A stretch of DNA of 64,000 nucleotides from Burkholderiales bacterium (GTDB lineage Bacteria; Pseudomonadota; Gammaproteobacteria; Burkholderiales; SG8-39): positions 5,057 to 69,056 of the forward strand of contig DATCYZ010000029.1 in NCBI GenBank assembly GCA_036526195.1, written 5' to 3'. Every line of letters begins with the position of its first letter. Within the stretch, counting starts at the first letter, position 1. Shown here piece after piece: positions 28,612 to 38,230 of this stretch. Made by a program: the position numbers and the translations under genes. The notes beneath the pieces are model-generated. The model saw only the letters and a list, made by a program, of their open reading frames with translations. It was not told the origin of the DNA and searched no databases.

Positions 28612-29664
28612 TCAGAACCGTCCGCCGCGTTCTTCGTAATGCGTCGGCTTGTCGTGCGAGGGCATGTCGCGCCCGACCCAGTCGGCGGTCCAGTCGATCA
28701 TCTTCGCCAGCGGCACCACCGGATTGCCGAACAGGCGCTGCGCCGCAAGCGTGTTGTTGATCCAGCCCTCGTCCGACTCGACGCCCTCGAACAGGGGCTC
28801 GATGCCGAATCGTCTGCCGAATTCGGTCGCCAGCATGCGCACGCTGGCAAGCTCCGGCCCGCCGATGTTAAGCGGCGTGGTCGGCGTCGTGCAGTGCAGG
28901 AGCGAGCGCAGGATCTGCGCGCTCGAATCTCCCTGCCAGATCACGCTCGCATGCCCGGCCGCCAGCGGGATGGTTTTTCGTTCCTTCACCCAGCGCGCGA
29001 TGTCATGGAGCACGCCGTAGCGCAGGTCGATCGCGTAGTTGAGCCGCATCAGCCGCCCCGGCGTGCCGTGCTGCAGGCTGTGGTAGCGGAACATGCGCTC
29101 GCGCCCGACGCAGGAATTGGCATAGTCGCCGAGCGGCCGCGGCTCGACCGACTCGTCCCAGCCGTGGCTCGCCACCGGCGCGAAGCCGTACACGCACAGG
29201 GTCGAAAAGGCCACGATGCGCGAGGCCGGGTAGCGCTCGGCCACCATGGCCGGCACCTTGACGTTCATCGCCCAGGCAAACGACGGGTCGGTCTCGGTGC
29301 CGAACTTCTTGCCCGCCATGTAGACCACGTTCGGCGCATCGGGAAGTTTCGCGAGCTGCTCGCGTTCGAGCAGGTCGCAGCTCACGGTCTCGATCTCCGC
29401 GGCCTCGAGACCGCGCTTCACCGCCGGGTCGCTGAAGCGCGCGACGCCGATCACCCGCTTGCCCGGCGCGGCGCGCTTGGCCAGCCGGGCCAGCGTCGGA
29501 CCGACCTTGCCGCCGACGCCCAGCACCAAGATGTCGCCCTCGAGCCGGGCAAAGTCGTCGATCAGGGGCTGGCTCGGGCGCGAGAGCAGTTCCTCGAGAT
29601 GGTCCACGTCCTCGACGCGGTCCGGCAGGGTCTCGAACGACAGCAGATCGCCACGCGCGTCCAT
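28612..29664 (-). CDS. NAD-dependent epimerase/dehydratase family protein
   Basis: Start reassigned to ATG 29664 (TGATG junction with the DapA-like gene). Rossmann-like ILVLGVGGKVGPTLA. 350 aa. Confidence 0.75.
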   Translation of the reverse strand: MDARGDLLSFETLPDRVEDVDHLEELLSRPSQPLIDDFARLEGDILVLGVGGKVGPTLARLAKRAAPGKRVIGVARFSDPAVKRGLEAAEIETVSCDLLEREQLAKLPDAPNVVYMAGKKFGTETDPSFAWAMNVKVPAMVAERYPASRIVAFSTLCVYGFAPVASHGWDESVEPRPLGDYANSCVGRERMFRYHSLQHGTPGRLMRLNYAIDLRYGVLHDIARWVKERKTIPLAAGHASVIWQGDSSAQILRSLLHCTTPTTPLNIGGPELASVRMLATEFGRRFGIEPLFEGVESDEGWINNTLAAQRLFGNPVVPLAKMIDWTADWVGRDMPSHDKPTHYEERGGRF

Positions 29665-30623
29665 CAGGCCGCCTTCTTCACTTTTCCACCCTCGCTCAGC
29701 AACCCGGCCGCCACCAGCGCCGACCGGATGCGCCCGATCTCGGCGTCGGAGAGCTTCGCCAGCGGCGGGCGCACGGTGGCGCGCGGCAGCTTGCCGAGCA
29801 GCACCAGCGCTTCCTTCATCCGGTTGTGCATGTCGACCCAAGGCTCGCTGTAGAACACCTCGGCCGTCGGCCAGATGCGGTCGTTCAGGCAACGGGCGGT
29901 GGCGAGGTCATTGGCCTGCACCGCGCGGAACAGCTGCGCCTGCAGGTCTGCAATCACCGAGCCGCTGCCCGAGAGCAGGCCGTTGCAGCCGAGCACCAGC
30001 GAACTCATCAGCCAGGCGCTGTGGGTGGTCAGCACGTTCACGACCGGGGAACGCGCCTGCAGCACGCGGATCTGGCGCTCGTGCAGTTGCGGATTGGCGC
30101 ACCAGTCCTTGATCGCCCGGATCGTCGGCACCGCGTCGATCAGGCGCTCCAGCGTCGCAAGCGAATACCCCTGGCCGCCGGCCGGCGGGTACTGGAAGAC
30201 GATCAGCGGCAGGTCGCTCGCATCCGCGATGCGCCGGAAATGCTCGATCACCATCTCTGGACGGTGACCGAAGGTGAACACCCCGGAAGGAAACACCAGC
30301 AGCGCCGAGGCGCCGCCTGCCTGCGCCATCTTCGCCAGGCGCGCCGCTTCCAGCGCGCCCTCGGCATAGATGCCGTTGACCAGCGGCATGCGAGCCCCGA
30401 TCTCGTCCTGCGTCAGGTCCAGCACGCGCCGCTGTTCGTCGAAGGTGCAGGCCGCCACCTCGGAGGCATGGGCATTGATGGTGATCGCGGACACGCCTTC
30501 GACCGCGGCGAGGTCGCGCAGGTGCGAGCGGTACGAGGCCTCGTCGATTGACAGGTCCTCGTGGAACGGCAGCAGCGCCGCCGGGATGACGCCGTGCGGG
30601 ATGTAGTCCTGGTGTCTTGGCAT
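29664..30623 (-). CDS. dihydrodipicolinate synthase / N-acetylneuraminate lyase (DapA) family lyase
   Basis: I prefer ATG 30623 (GGAGG RBS). N-terminal GVIPAALLPFHEDLSIDEASYRSHL and the overall TIM-barrel pattern fit the DapA family. 319 aa. Confidence 0.8.
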   Translation of the reverse strand: MPRHQDYIPHGVIPAALLPFHEDLSIDEASYRSHLRDLAAVEGVSAITINAHASEVAACTFDEQRRVLDLTQDEIGARMPLVNGIYAEGALEAARLAKMAQAGGASALLVFPSGVFTFGHRPEMVIEHFRRIADASDLPLIVFQYPPAGGQGYSLATLERLIDAVPTIRAIKDWCANPQLHERQIRVLQARSPVVNVLTTHSAWLMSSLVLGCNGLLSGSGSVIADLQAQLFRAVQANDLATARCLNDRIWPTAEVFYSEPWVDMHNRMKEALVLLGKLPRATVRPPLAKLSDAEIGRIRSALVAAGLLSEGGKVKKAA

Positions 30624-30711
30624 GTGGTCCTCCTGTGCGTGCAACGATGATACCCGCTCGGCATTGCGCCGCCCCCACGCCGCGGGGGTGGAATTTGAAA
30701 CGCCCGACGCG

Positions 30712-31824
30712 CTAGCGCCGGTAGCGCTTCGGCACGAAGGGCAGGCGCGTGCGCGTGACCGCGTGGCGCTTGCCCCGCACTACTGCGAAGAGCGGTGCTC
30801 CTGCCTCCGCGGCGGCGTCGAGCATGGCAAGCATCACCGGCTTGCCGAGCGTCGGCGACACCGTGCCGCTGGTCACCGTGCCCAGCGTGCGCCCGCTTTC
30901 GTCGACGATCTCCGCGCCGTGGCGCACCGGCACCGCCGCCTCGCCAATGAGCGCTGAAAGGCGGCGTGCCGGCGTGGCGCCGTCCGGGCGAAGGACTTCC
31001 GCCGCGCCCGGAAAGCCGCCCGCCTTCGCGCCACCGGCACGGCGCGCGCGCGCGATCGCCCAGCCGAGGCCGGCTTCATGTACCGAGGTCTGTGTGTCCA
31101 TATCCTGTCCGTACAGGTGCAGCCCGGCCTCAAGCCTGAGCGTGTCGCGCGCGGCAAGCCCGGCCAGCCTGACCGCGGGTTGCTCGAGCAGGATCCGCGC
31201 AAGGCGCTCGGCGTCCCCGGTCGGCACCGAAATCTCGAAGCCGTCCTCGCCGGTATAGCCGGAGCGTGACACGAGGCAGTCCGCGCCATGGAGATCGAGC
31301 GTGGCGGCATGCATGAAGGCGAGCTTCGAGGCCTCGGGGTTCAGTGCGGTCAGCGCCGCATCCGCCTGCGGGCCCTGCAGGGCGATCAGCGCCGCCTCAC
31401 GCCATTCGATCGACAGTTCGTGGCACAGCGCGCGCAACCGCGCGCGGTCCGCATCGCGGCAGGCGGCATTCACCACGATCGCGACGCGGTCCCCGGTGCG
31501 CGTCACCATCAGGTCGTCGTCGATGCCGCCGGCGTCGTTCAGCAGCAGCGTGTAGCGTTGCAGGCCGTCGGGCCAGCCCTCGAAGTCCACCGGCAGCGCG
31601 CGCTCGAGCGCGGCGTGCAGGTCCGGGCCGGTGACGACGAGTTGCCCCATGTGCGAGACGTCGAACAGGCTCGCCTGGTCGCGCGTCCACAGGTGCTCCG
31701 CCTTCAGGCCCGCGTCGTACTGCAGCGGCATCTCCCAGCCGGCGAAGGGCGTGAAGCGTGCGCCGCATTCCGTGTGCAGGGCGTGCAGCGGCGTGCGCCG
31801 CAGGTCTGTGGCCGGCGCGCTCAT
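30712..31824 (-). CDS. gcvT: glycine cleavage system aminomethyltransferase T
   Basis: Start at ATG 31824 (ATGA overlap with the gcvP stop). TPLHALHTECGARFTPFAGWEMPLQY, LFDVSHMGQ and SRSGYTGEDGFEISV motifs. 370 aa. Confidence 0.95.
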   Translation of the reverse strand: MSAPATDLRRTPLHALHTECGARFTPFAGWEMPLQYDAGLKAEHLWTRDQASLFDVSHMGQLVVTGPDLHAALERALPVDFEGWPDGLQRYTLLLNDAGGIDDDLMVTRTGDRVAIVVNAACRDADRARLRALCHELSIEWREAALIALQGPQADAALTALNPEASKLAFMHAATLDLHGADCLVSRSGYTGEDGFEISVPTGDAERLARILLEQPAVRLAGLAARDTLRLEAGLHLYGQDMDTQTSVHEAGLGWAIARARRAGGAKAGGFPGAAEVLRPDGATPARRLSALIGEAAVPVRHGAEIVDESGRTLGTVTSGTVSPTLGKPVMLAMLDAAAEAGAPLFAVVRGKRHAVTRTRLPFVPKRYRR

Positions 31825-34694
31825 GCCCAGTCCGCCATCGGTGGGCAGGTGCAGACCAGGTTCCGGTCGCCGCCGGCATTGTCGACCCGCTTCACCGGCG
31901 GCCAGTACTTCGCCGCGCGCAGCCAGGCGAGCGGATAGACCGCCGCCTCGCGCGGGTACGGGTGCGTCCAGTCGCCGACGAGCTCGTCCGCGGTATGGGG
32001 CGCGTTCTTCAGCGGATTGTCGGCGCGGTCCCAGGCACCGCTGCGGATCCGCTCGAGCTCGCCGTGGATCGAGATCATCGCCTCGCAGAAACGGTCGAGC
32101 TCGGCCTTCGATTCGCTCTCCGTGGGCTCGACCATCAGCGTGTCGGTCACTGGGAAGGACAGGGTCGGCGCATGGAAGCCGTAATCCATGAGCCGCTTGG
32201 CCACGTCCTCGGCAGTGACGCCGATCTCGCTCTTCAGGGTGCGCAGGTCGAGGATGCATTCGTGCGCGACGCGGTCGTTTGCGCCGGCGTAGAGCACCGG
32301 GAAGTACGGCTTCAGGCGGGTGGCCACGTAGTTGGCGTTCAGGATGGCGAGCGCCGTGGCGCTGCGCACGCCCTCGGTGCCGAGCATGCGGATGTACATC
32401 CACGAGATCGCGAGGATCAGGGCGCTGCCGAAGGGCGCCGCCGAGACCGTGCCGTTGCTCTCCGGCCACGCCGCTCCTTCCGACAGGGGATGCCCGGGCA
32501 GGTGCGGCGCGAGATGGGCCGCCACCGCGATCGGTCCCATGCCCGGCCCGCCGCCGCCGTGCGGAATCGCGAAGGTCTTGTGCAGGTTGATGTGGCAGAC
32601 GTCCGCGCCGAGTGCGGCAGGCTCGGCGAGGCCGGCGAGCGCGTTCAGGTTCGCCCCGTCCATGTACACCTGGCCGCCGGCCTCGTGCACGATCGCACAG
32701 AGGTCCTTCACCTGCGTCTCGAACACCCCGTGCGTCGAGGGATAGGTCAGCATCAGCGCGGCGAGCCTGGCACGGTTCGCCTCCGTCTTCTTCCGCAGGT
32801 CCGCAATGTCGACGTTGCCCTGCGCATCGCAGGCCACCACCACCACGCTCAGCCCGATGATCGCCGCCGAGGCCGGGTTGGTGCCGTGCGCCGAGGCCGG
32901 GATCAGGCAGACATCGCGCACGCCCTCGCCGCGCGCCGCGTGAAAGTTGCGGATCGCGAGCAGCCCCGCGTACTCGCCCTGCGCGCCGGAGTTGGGCTGG
33001 AACGAGACCCGCGCGAAGCCGGTGATCGAGGCAAGCATGCGCTCGAGACCGTCGATCATCGCGCGCATGCCGGTCACCTGCCCCGCCGGCGCAAACGGAT
33101 GCAGCAACGCGAACTGCGGCCATGACACCGGTTCGAGCGCCGAGGCGGCGTTCAGCTTCATGGTGCAGGACCCCAGCGGAATCATGCTGTGCACCAGCGA
33201 CAGGTCGCGGTTCTCGAGTCGCTTCAGGTAGCGCATCATTTGCGTTTCGCTGCGATGCCGGTGAAACACCGGGTGGGCGAGGATCGCGTCCGCGCGCCGC
33301 AATGCCGCGGGGATCGAGTCCGGCGTGGCGCCGAGCGTCGCCGCCAGCGGCGCGAGGTCGGTGGCCGGGGCACCGACGATCTCCAGGCAATCGGCGACAT
33401 CGGCCAGCGAGCTCGTCTCGTCGAATGCAATGCCGACACGCCCGTCACCGGGGTATCTCAGGTTGACGCGCCTGGCCGCCGCGCGCGCGCGCACCTCGGC
33501 CTCGGGCAAGGCGGGCTTGAGCAGCACGGTGTCAAAGAACGCGTCGTCCACGGCCGGCGCGGCCTCGCAGGCCGCCGCCGCCATCAGGCGCGCCATGGCG
33601 TTCGCGCGTCGCGCGATCTGCGCCAGGCCCTCCGGCCCGTGCCAGATGGCGTAGAACGCCGCCATGTTGGCCAGCAACGCCTGCGCGGTGCAGATGTTGC
33701 TGGTCGCTTTCTCGCGCCGGATGTGCTGCTCGCGCGTCTGCAGGGCCATGCGGTAGGCGGTGCGTCCCGCTGCGTCCACCGACACGCCGATGATGCGCCC
33801 GGGCAGCGCGCGCTTGTATTCCTCCCGGGTGGCGATATAGGCCGCGTGCGGTCCGCCGTAGCCCATCGGCACGCCGAAGCGTTGCGCCGAACCGATCGCG
33901 ACATCCGCGCCGAGGGCGCCCGGGGACTTCACCAGCACCAGCGCGAGCGGGTCGGTGCCGAGCGAGACCAGGGCGCCTGCCGCATGCAGGCGTTCGATCA
34001 CGGCCGAGGGATCGCGCAAGCGGCCGAAGGTATCCGGCATCTGCAGGTGCGCGCCGAACACCGCCGCCGGGTCGAGGTCGGTGTCCGCGTCGCCGACGAC
34101 GAGCGGGATGCCGAGCCACTTCGCGCGGGTCGCCACCACCGCGATCACCTGCGGGTGGCAGGCAGCATCGATGAAGAAGGCCTTCGCCCGGCTCTTCGCC
34201 GAGCGCCGCAGGAGCAGCATCGCCTCCGCGGCCGCGGTCGCCTCGTCGAGCAGCGAGGCGTTCGCCACCGGCAGTCCGGTGAGGTCGATCACCATCTGCT
34301 GGAAGGCGAGCAGCGCCTCCAGCCGGCCCTGCGAGATCTCCGCCTGGTACGGCGTGTAGGCGGTGTACCAGCCCGGGTTCTCCAGCACGTTGCGGCGGAT
34401 CACCGCCGGCGTGCGCGTGCCGTGATAGCCCGTGCCGAGGAAGTTCCGCCACGGCGCGTTCCGCGCCGCGAGCGCCGCAAGCTCCGCGAGTGCGGCCTCC
34501 TCGCTCGCAGCGGCGCCGAGCGCCTTCGCCGCGCCGGCGCTGCGGATGTTCTCCGGCACCGCGGAGGCGATGAACGCCTCGAGTGAAGGCGCGCCGACCG
34601 CGTCGAGCAGGGCCTGCGTGTCGGACGCGCCCGCGCCGAGGTGCCGGGCCGCATAGGTGTCCGCGTCCAGCAATGAAGGCGTCACGTCGCGCAT
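31821..34694 (-). CDS. gcvP: glycine dehydrogenase (aminomethyl-transferring), glycine cleavage P protein
   Basis: Start reassigned to ATG 34694. 957 aa single-chain P protein. GYHGTRTPAVIRRNVLENPGWYTAYTPYQAEISQGRLE, and the PLP-Lys region HINLHKTFAIPHGGGGPG. Confidence 0.95.
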   Translation of the reverse strand: MRDVTPSLLDADTYAARHLGAGASDTQALLDAVGAPSLEAFIASAVPENIRSAGAAKALGAAASEEAALAELAALAARNAPWRNFLGTGYHGTRTPAVIRRNVLENPGWYTAYTPYQAEISQGRLEALLAFQQMVIDLTGLPVANASLLDEATAAAEAMLLLRRSAKSRAKAFFIDAACHPQVIAVVATRAKWLGIPLVVGDADTDLDPAAVFGAHLQMPDTFGRLRDPSAVIERLHAAGALVSLGTDPLALVLVKSPGALGADVAIGSAQRFGVPMGYGGPHAAYIATREEYKRALPGRIIGVSVDAAGRTAYRMALQTREQHIRREKATSNICTAQALLANMAAFYAIWHGPEGLAQIARRANAMARLMAAAACEAAPAVDDAFFDTVLLKPALPEAEVRARAAARRVNLRYPGDGRVGIAFDETSSLADVADCLEIVGAPATDLAPLAATLGATPDSIPAALRRADAILAHPVFHRHRSETQMMRYLKRLENRDLSLVHSMIPLGSCTMKLNAASALEPVSWPQFALLHPFAPAGQVTGMRAMIDGLERMLASITGFARVSFQPNSGAQGEYAGLLAIRNFHAARGEGVRDVCLIPASAHGTNPASAAIIGLSVVVVACDAQGNVDIADLRKKTEANRARLAALMLTYPSTHGVFETQVKDLCAIVHEAGGQVYMDGANLNALAGLAEPAALGADVCHINLHKTFAIPHGGGGPGMGPIAVAAHLAPHLPGHPLSEGAAWPESNGTVSAAPFGSALILAISWMYIRMLGTEGVRSATALAILNANYVATRLKPYFPVLYAGANDRVAHECILDLRTLKSEIGVTAEDVAKRLMDYGFHAPTLSFPVTDTLMVEPTESESKAELDRFCEAMISIHGELERIRSGAWDRADNPLKNAPHTADELVGDWTHPYPREAAVYPLAWLRAAKYWPPVKRVDNAGGDRNLVCTCPPMADWA

Positions 34695-34699
34695 GGTGG

Positions 34700-35086
34700 T
34701 CAATCCTTGACGCCCGCGCCGGCGCGATACGCCACCGCATCCAGCAGGGACGCTGGCGACGCGCCGGCCGCGGGCCGCAGGCGAAACAGCCATCCGTCCT
34801 GGTAAGGGGAAGCATTCACCGTGGCCGGCGTGTCCGCCAGCGCCCGATTGACCTCGACGACTTCGCCGGCGACCGGCGCGTAGACATCCGAGGCCGCCTT
34901 GGTCGATTCGACCACCGCGCAGCTTTCCCCGGCCGCGAGCACGCGACCGACCTCGGGCAGTTCGACGTAGACGAGTTCACCCAACTGGTCGGTGGCGACT
35001 GCGCTGATGCCTACGGTGACGAGGCCGTCCGCTTCGGCGACCCACTCGTGCGAGGCGGCGTACTTGAGCGACTGCGGGATGTCCAT
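34700..35086 (-). CDS. gcvH: glycine cleavage system H protein (lipoyl carrier)
   Basis: Start reassigned to ATG 35086. 128 aa. YAASHEWV and the lipoyl-Lys motif [15 protein letters not shown]. Confidence 0.95.
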   Translation of the reverse strand: MDIPQSLKYAASHEWVAEADGLVTVGISAVATDQLGELVYVELPEVGRVLAAGESCAVVESTKAASDVYAPVAGEVVEVNRALADTPATVNASPYQDGWLFRLRPAAGASPASLLDAVAYRAGAGVKD

Positions 35087-35169
35087 GACAGGCTCCGGTT
35101 CCGGTAAGAATGTCCGGGCGGAGGCCTGCCAGACGCGGAAAAGCGAAGGCACGCGGACCGACCGGTCCT

Positions 35170-35382
35170 CGATGCCCCCTCTGTCCGTTTGCCTGAGAAA
35201 TTGGCGCCAGGACCGTCACGGCGGTCGGCGGCGCTTGTACCTTCGGCGAGGCGTCGCGCCCCTCGCGGGCCACGCGCCTTCTCTCCAGAGTGCCGAACCG
35301 CGCAGGTCCTTTTGCCTGAGAGTTTGCGGGGCGCTTACTCCTTCGGCGCCGGCAGGGCCGGTCTCTCCCATGCGCGGCGAAT
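35170..35382 (-). promoter_or_regulatory. tandem glycine riboswitch (two aptamers) in the gcvHPT leader
   Basis: Read on the minus strand. Aptamer 1 has GGGAGAG ... CGCCGAAGGAG ... CUCUCAGGCAAAAGGAC. Aptamer 2 has CUCUGGAGAG ... CGCCGAAGG ... UUCUCAGGCAAACGGACAG. All are hallmark conserved blocks of the glycine riboswitch. Confidence 0.9.
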
Positions 35383-35392
35383 CGGCCCCGCC

Positions 35393-35421
35393 AATCTAGT
35401 CCGCGCCCCCGGTACTGTCAA
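35393..35421 (-). promoter_or_regulatory. sigma-70-type promoter of the gcv operon (TTGACA - 17 nt - TAGATT)
   Basis: On the minus strand, TTGACA lies at 35421-35416 and TAGATT at 35398-35393, with a 17-nt spacer, just upstream of the riboswitch. The -35 hexamer contains the TGA stop of the upstream acyl-CoA dehydrogenase gene. Confidence 0.6.
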
Positions 35422-37214
35422 TGCGCGCAGAGCCCCTGCGCGCGATCGAGCGGCACCGGCGCCTCGCCGAGCAGCAGGTCTTCGACCTCGCCGGCGCTCG
35501 CGCGGCCGCCCTCGCGCGCGAGCGGGTCCGCAACCGAGAGACGATGATCGAGCACCAGGCGCGCCATCACCAGGCGCCGGGCGTCGCCGCCGCGTGCACC
35601 GAGCGTCGCGCCCTCCCAGGCCAGCAGCACCGCCGTGGCCGCGTGATAGAGCGCCGAGGCGGCACGACGCACCTCGCGCTCGCCCCTCGGATCAGCGGCG
35701 ACTTCACCGGCGAAGGCGGTGGCGCGCGCCAGCGCATCCTCGAGCCGGGTGCGCAGCGCAGGCGGCACGCCGGGCGCGCCGGACAGGCGCTTGCGCAGCG
35801 CGTCGGCGAGCGCCTCGTGGGCACGGTCCTTCGCCACCGCGCGTGTCACCACGTCGAGCGCGTTGATGTTCGAGGTGCCCTCCCAGAGCGTGCCGATCTG
35901 GGCGTCGCGCGCGAGGCGCGGCATGACCCATTCCTCGATGTAACCGAGGCCGCCGCGCACCTCGAGCGCCAGGCTGGCGACCCGGATGTTGTCGCGGCAG
36001 GCGCGAAACTTGTACACCGGGGTGAGGATGCGCAGCAGCGCGGCGCCTTCGGCATCGCCGGCCTCGGCGCGGCCCATCGACTCGGCGGCGAGGCCGTACA
36101 TCGAAAGTGCCTGCTCGGTGGGCAGCAGGATCTTCAGCAACTGGCGTCGCTGCAGGGGAATTTCTGCCAGTGGCCGCCCGAACTGGCGCCGTCCGCGCGC
36201 CGCGGCGAGCGCCTCGTTCAGGCAGCGGCGCATCATCGAGGCGGCGCGCACGCCGTGCGAGAGCCGCGACAGATTCACCTGCTGCATCATCTGCCTGAAG
36301 CCCTGCGTGGCCTCGCCCACCAGGTAGGCGATCGCGCCCTCGAAGCGGATCTCGCCCGAGGCCATCGAGCGCGTGCCGAGCTTGTCCTTCAGGCGCACGA
36401 TGCGGTAGGCATTGCGCGAACCGTCCTCGGTGCGGCGCGGCAGCGCGAAGAGCGCGAGGCCCTTCGTGCCGGCCGGCGCGCCGCGCGGTCGCGCCAGCAT
36501 CAGCGCAACGTCCGCATCCGCATGGCTGCAGAACCATTTCTCGCCGTGGATGCGAAAGCGCTCAAGGCCGTCCTCGCCGGTGCCGAGCGGCTCGGCCTCG
36601 GTCTCGAGCGCGCCGACGTCGGACCCCGCGGCCTTCTCGGTCATGAACTGGGTGCCCTTCAGCATGGTCGCCGGGTCCTGCGACAGCATGCGATCGAGCA
36701 GCCGGGCCTTCAGCGGCGCCGAGCCGAAGCGCTTGAGCACGAAGTTCGAGGTGTCCGAGACGCTCACCGGACACATGATGCCGAACTCGCCCTGCACGAA
36801 GAGGTAGGTGAAGGCGTACTTCACCAGCGGCGGCGCGGCCTCGGGCATGCCGAGCACGCCGGCGCGGTGGCTCATCGCCTGCAGGCCGTACTCGCAAAAC
36901 GCAATCGTCTCCATCTCGCGGTAGGCCGCGTGGTACTCGATCCAGTCCTCGTCGCGGCCGAAGCGGTCGCGCGCGTGCAGCACCGGCGGGTGGCGATCAG
37001 CCTCGCGCGCGAGCGCGTCGAGCCGCCCGCCGGCGAGCGCCCCGAGGCGCGCGAAATGCGGCGTCATGCGCTCGAGCCAGTCCGGCGGCATGTAGAGCGT
37101 CAACAGGCTGCGAAACGAGGCGTCGGCCTGCCAGAAATCCATGCCCGCGCAATCCGGGGCAATATGGTGTGCGCCGTGGGGCTTGCGCGCGAGCCGTGCG
37201 CTGTCGTCCTGCAT
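35418..37214 (-). CDS. acyl-CoA dehydrogenase family protein (AidB-like, about 600 aa)
   Basis: Start reassigned to ATG 37214 (GGAGGA RBS). The extended N-terminal domain and the acyl-CoA dehydrogenase middle and C-terminal domains (MTEKAAGSDVGALETEA, WEGTSNI) fit the AidB-like subgroup. Confidence 0.85.
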   Translation of the reverse strand: MQDDSARLARKPHGAHHIAPDCAGMDFWQADASFRSLLTLYMPPDWLERMTPHFARLGALAGGRLDALAREADRHPPVLHARDRFGRDEDWIEYHAAYREMETIAFCEYGLQAMSHRAGVLGMPEAAPPLVKYAFTYLFVQGEFGIMCPVSVSDTSNFVLKRFGSAPLKARLLDRMLSQDPATMLKGTQFMTEKAAGSDVGALETEAEPLGTGEDGLERFRIHGEKWFCSHADADVALMLARPRGAPAGTKGLALFALPRRTEDGSRNAYRIVRLKDKLGTRSMASGEIRFEGAIAYLVGEATQGFRQMMQQVNLSRLSHGVRAASMMRRCLNEALAAARGRRQFGRPLAEIPLQRRQLLKILLPTEQALSMYGLAAESMGRAEAGDAEGAALLRILTPVYKFRACRDNIRVASLALEVRGGLGYIEEWVMPRLARDAQIGTLWEGTSNINALDVVTRAVAKDRAHEALADALRKRLSGAPGVPPALRTRLEDALARATAFAGEVAADPRGEREVRRAASALYHAATAVLLAWEGATLGARGGDARRLVMARLVLDHRLSVADPLAREGGRASAGEVEDLLLGEAPVPLDRAQGLCAH

Positions 37215-37293
37215 CGCGGTCCTCCTCTGGAATGCCGGCCAGTTTATGCCACCGGAGCCGGACCGCTGGCACGCGCGCGGCAAATATCCGAGA

Positions 37294-38223
37294 ATGAACC
37301 TTTTTGCGCCCATGCCAACCTCCCTCCCGAAATCCATCGACGCCACGCAGGCCCTGCTCGCCGGCGCGGACTACGTCGCCGAGCGCAGCCTAGCTACCGC
37401 GCTCTACCTGTCGCTTTCCATGCAGCGGCCGCTGTTCCTCGAAGGCGAGGCCGGCACCGGCAAGACCGAGATCGCCAAGGTGCTGGCGAGTTCGCTCGGC
37501 CGCGACCTGATCCGCCTGCAATGCTACGAGGGGCTCGACATCGCGCAGGCCGCCTACGAGTGGAACTACCCGCGGCAGATGATCGAGATCCGCATGGCGG
37601 AAGCCGAGGGCGTGAAATCGCGCGAAGGCCTCGCGCAGGACATCTTCTCGGAGAAGTTCCTGGTGCGCAGGCCGCTGTTGCGCGCGCTCGCCGGGACCGT
37701 CGCCCCGCCGGTGCTGCTGATCGACGAGCTCGACCGCACCGACGAGCCCTTCGAGGCGTACCTGCTCGAAGTGCTCTCGGACTGGCAGATCACCGTGCCC
37801 GAGCTCGGCACCATCCGCGCCGAGACCCCGCCCATCGTGGTGGTGACCTCGAACCGCACGCGCGAGATCCATGACGCGGTCAAGCGCCGCTGCTTCTACC
37901 ATTGGGTGGACTATCCGGACGCGGCGCGCGAACTCGAGATCCTCAAGCGCAAGGCGCCGAAGGCCGCGGGCGCCCTGTCGAAGGAAGTGGTCGCCTTCGT
38001 GCAGCGGCTGCGCGGCATCGATCTGTTCAAGCTGCCGGGCGTGGCCGAGACCATCGACTGGACCAACTGCCTGGTGGCGCTCGACCGCATCGCGCTCGAC
38101 CCGCAGACCGTGAACGACACCCTCGGCGTGCTGCTCAAGTACCAGGACGACATCGAGAAGATCGCCGGCGAGGAAGCCGAGCGCCTGGTCGCCGAGGCGA
38201 AGGGCGCGGCCGCGGCGGCCTGA
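37294..38223 (+). CDS. MoxR-family AAA+ ATPase (CoxD-like)
   Basis: Walker A GEAGTGKT and Walker B VLLIDELDR. 309 aa from ATG 37294 (alternative ATG at 37312). Confidence 0.88.
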   Translation: MNLFAPMPTSLPKSIDATQALLAGADYVAERSLATALYLSLSMQRPLFLEGEAGTGKTEIAKVLASSLGRDLIRLQCYEGLDIAQAAYEWNYPRQMIEIRMAEAEGVKSREGLAQDIFSEKFLVRRPLLRALAGTVAPPVLLIDELDRTDEPFEAYLLEVLSDWQITVPELGTIRAETPPIVVVTSNRTREIHDAVKRRCFYHWVDYPDAARELEILKRKAPKAAGALSKEVVAFVQRLRGIDLFKLPGVAETIDWTNCLVALDRIALDPQTVNDTLGVLLKYQDDIEKIAGEEAERLVAEAKGAAAAA

Positions 38224-38230
38224 CCCGGCG

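Noticed and set aside
37267-37282. Sigma-54-like sequence TGGCACGCGCGCGGCA upstream of the MoxR gene
   Set aside because: The GG and GC elements have the right spacing, but the conserved TT of the -12 box is missing and the motif ends only 11 nt before the ATG. TGGCAC-like strings are expected by chance in this composition, and no enhancer-binding protein gene is nearby.
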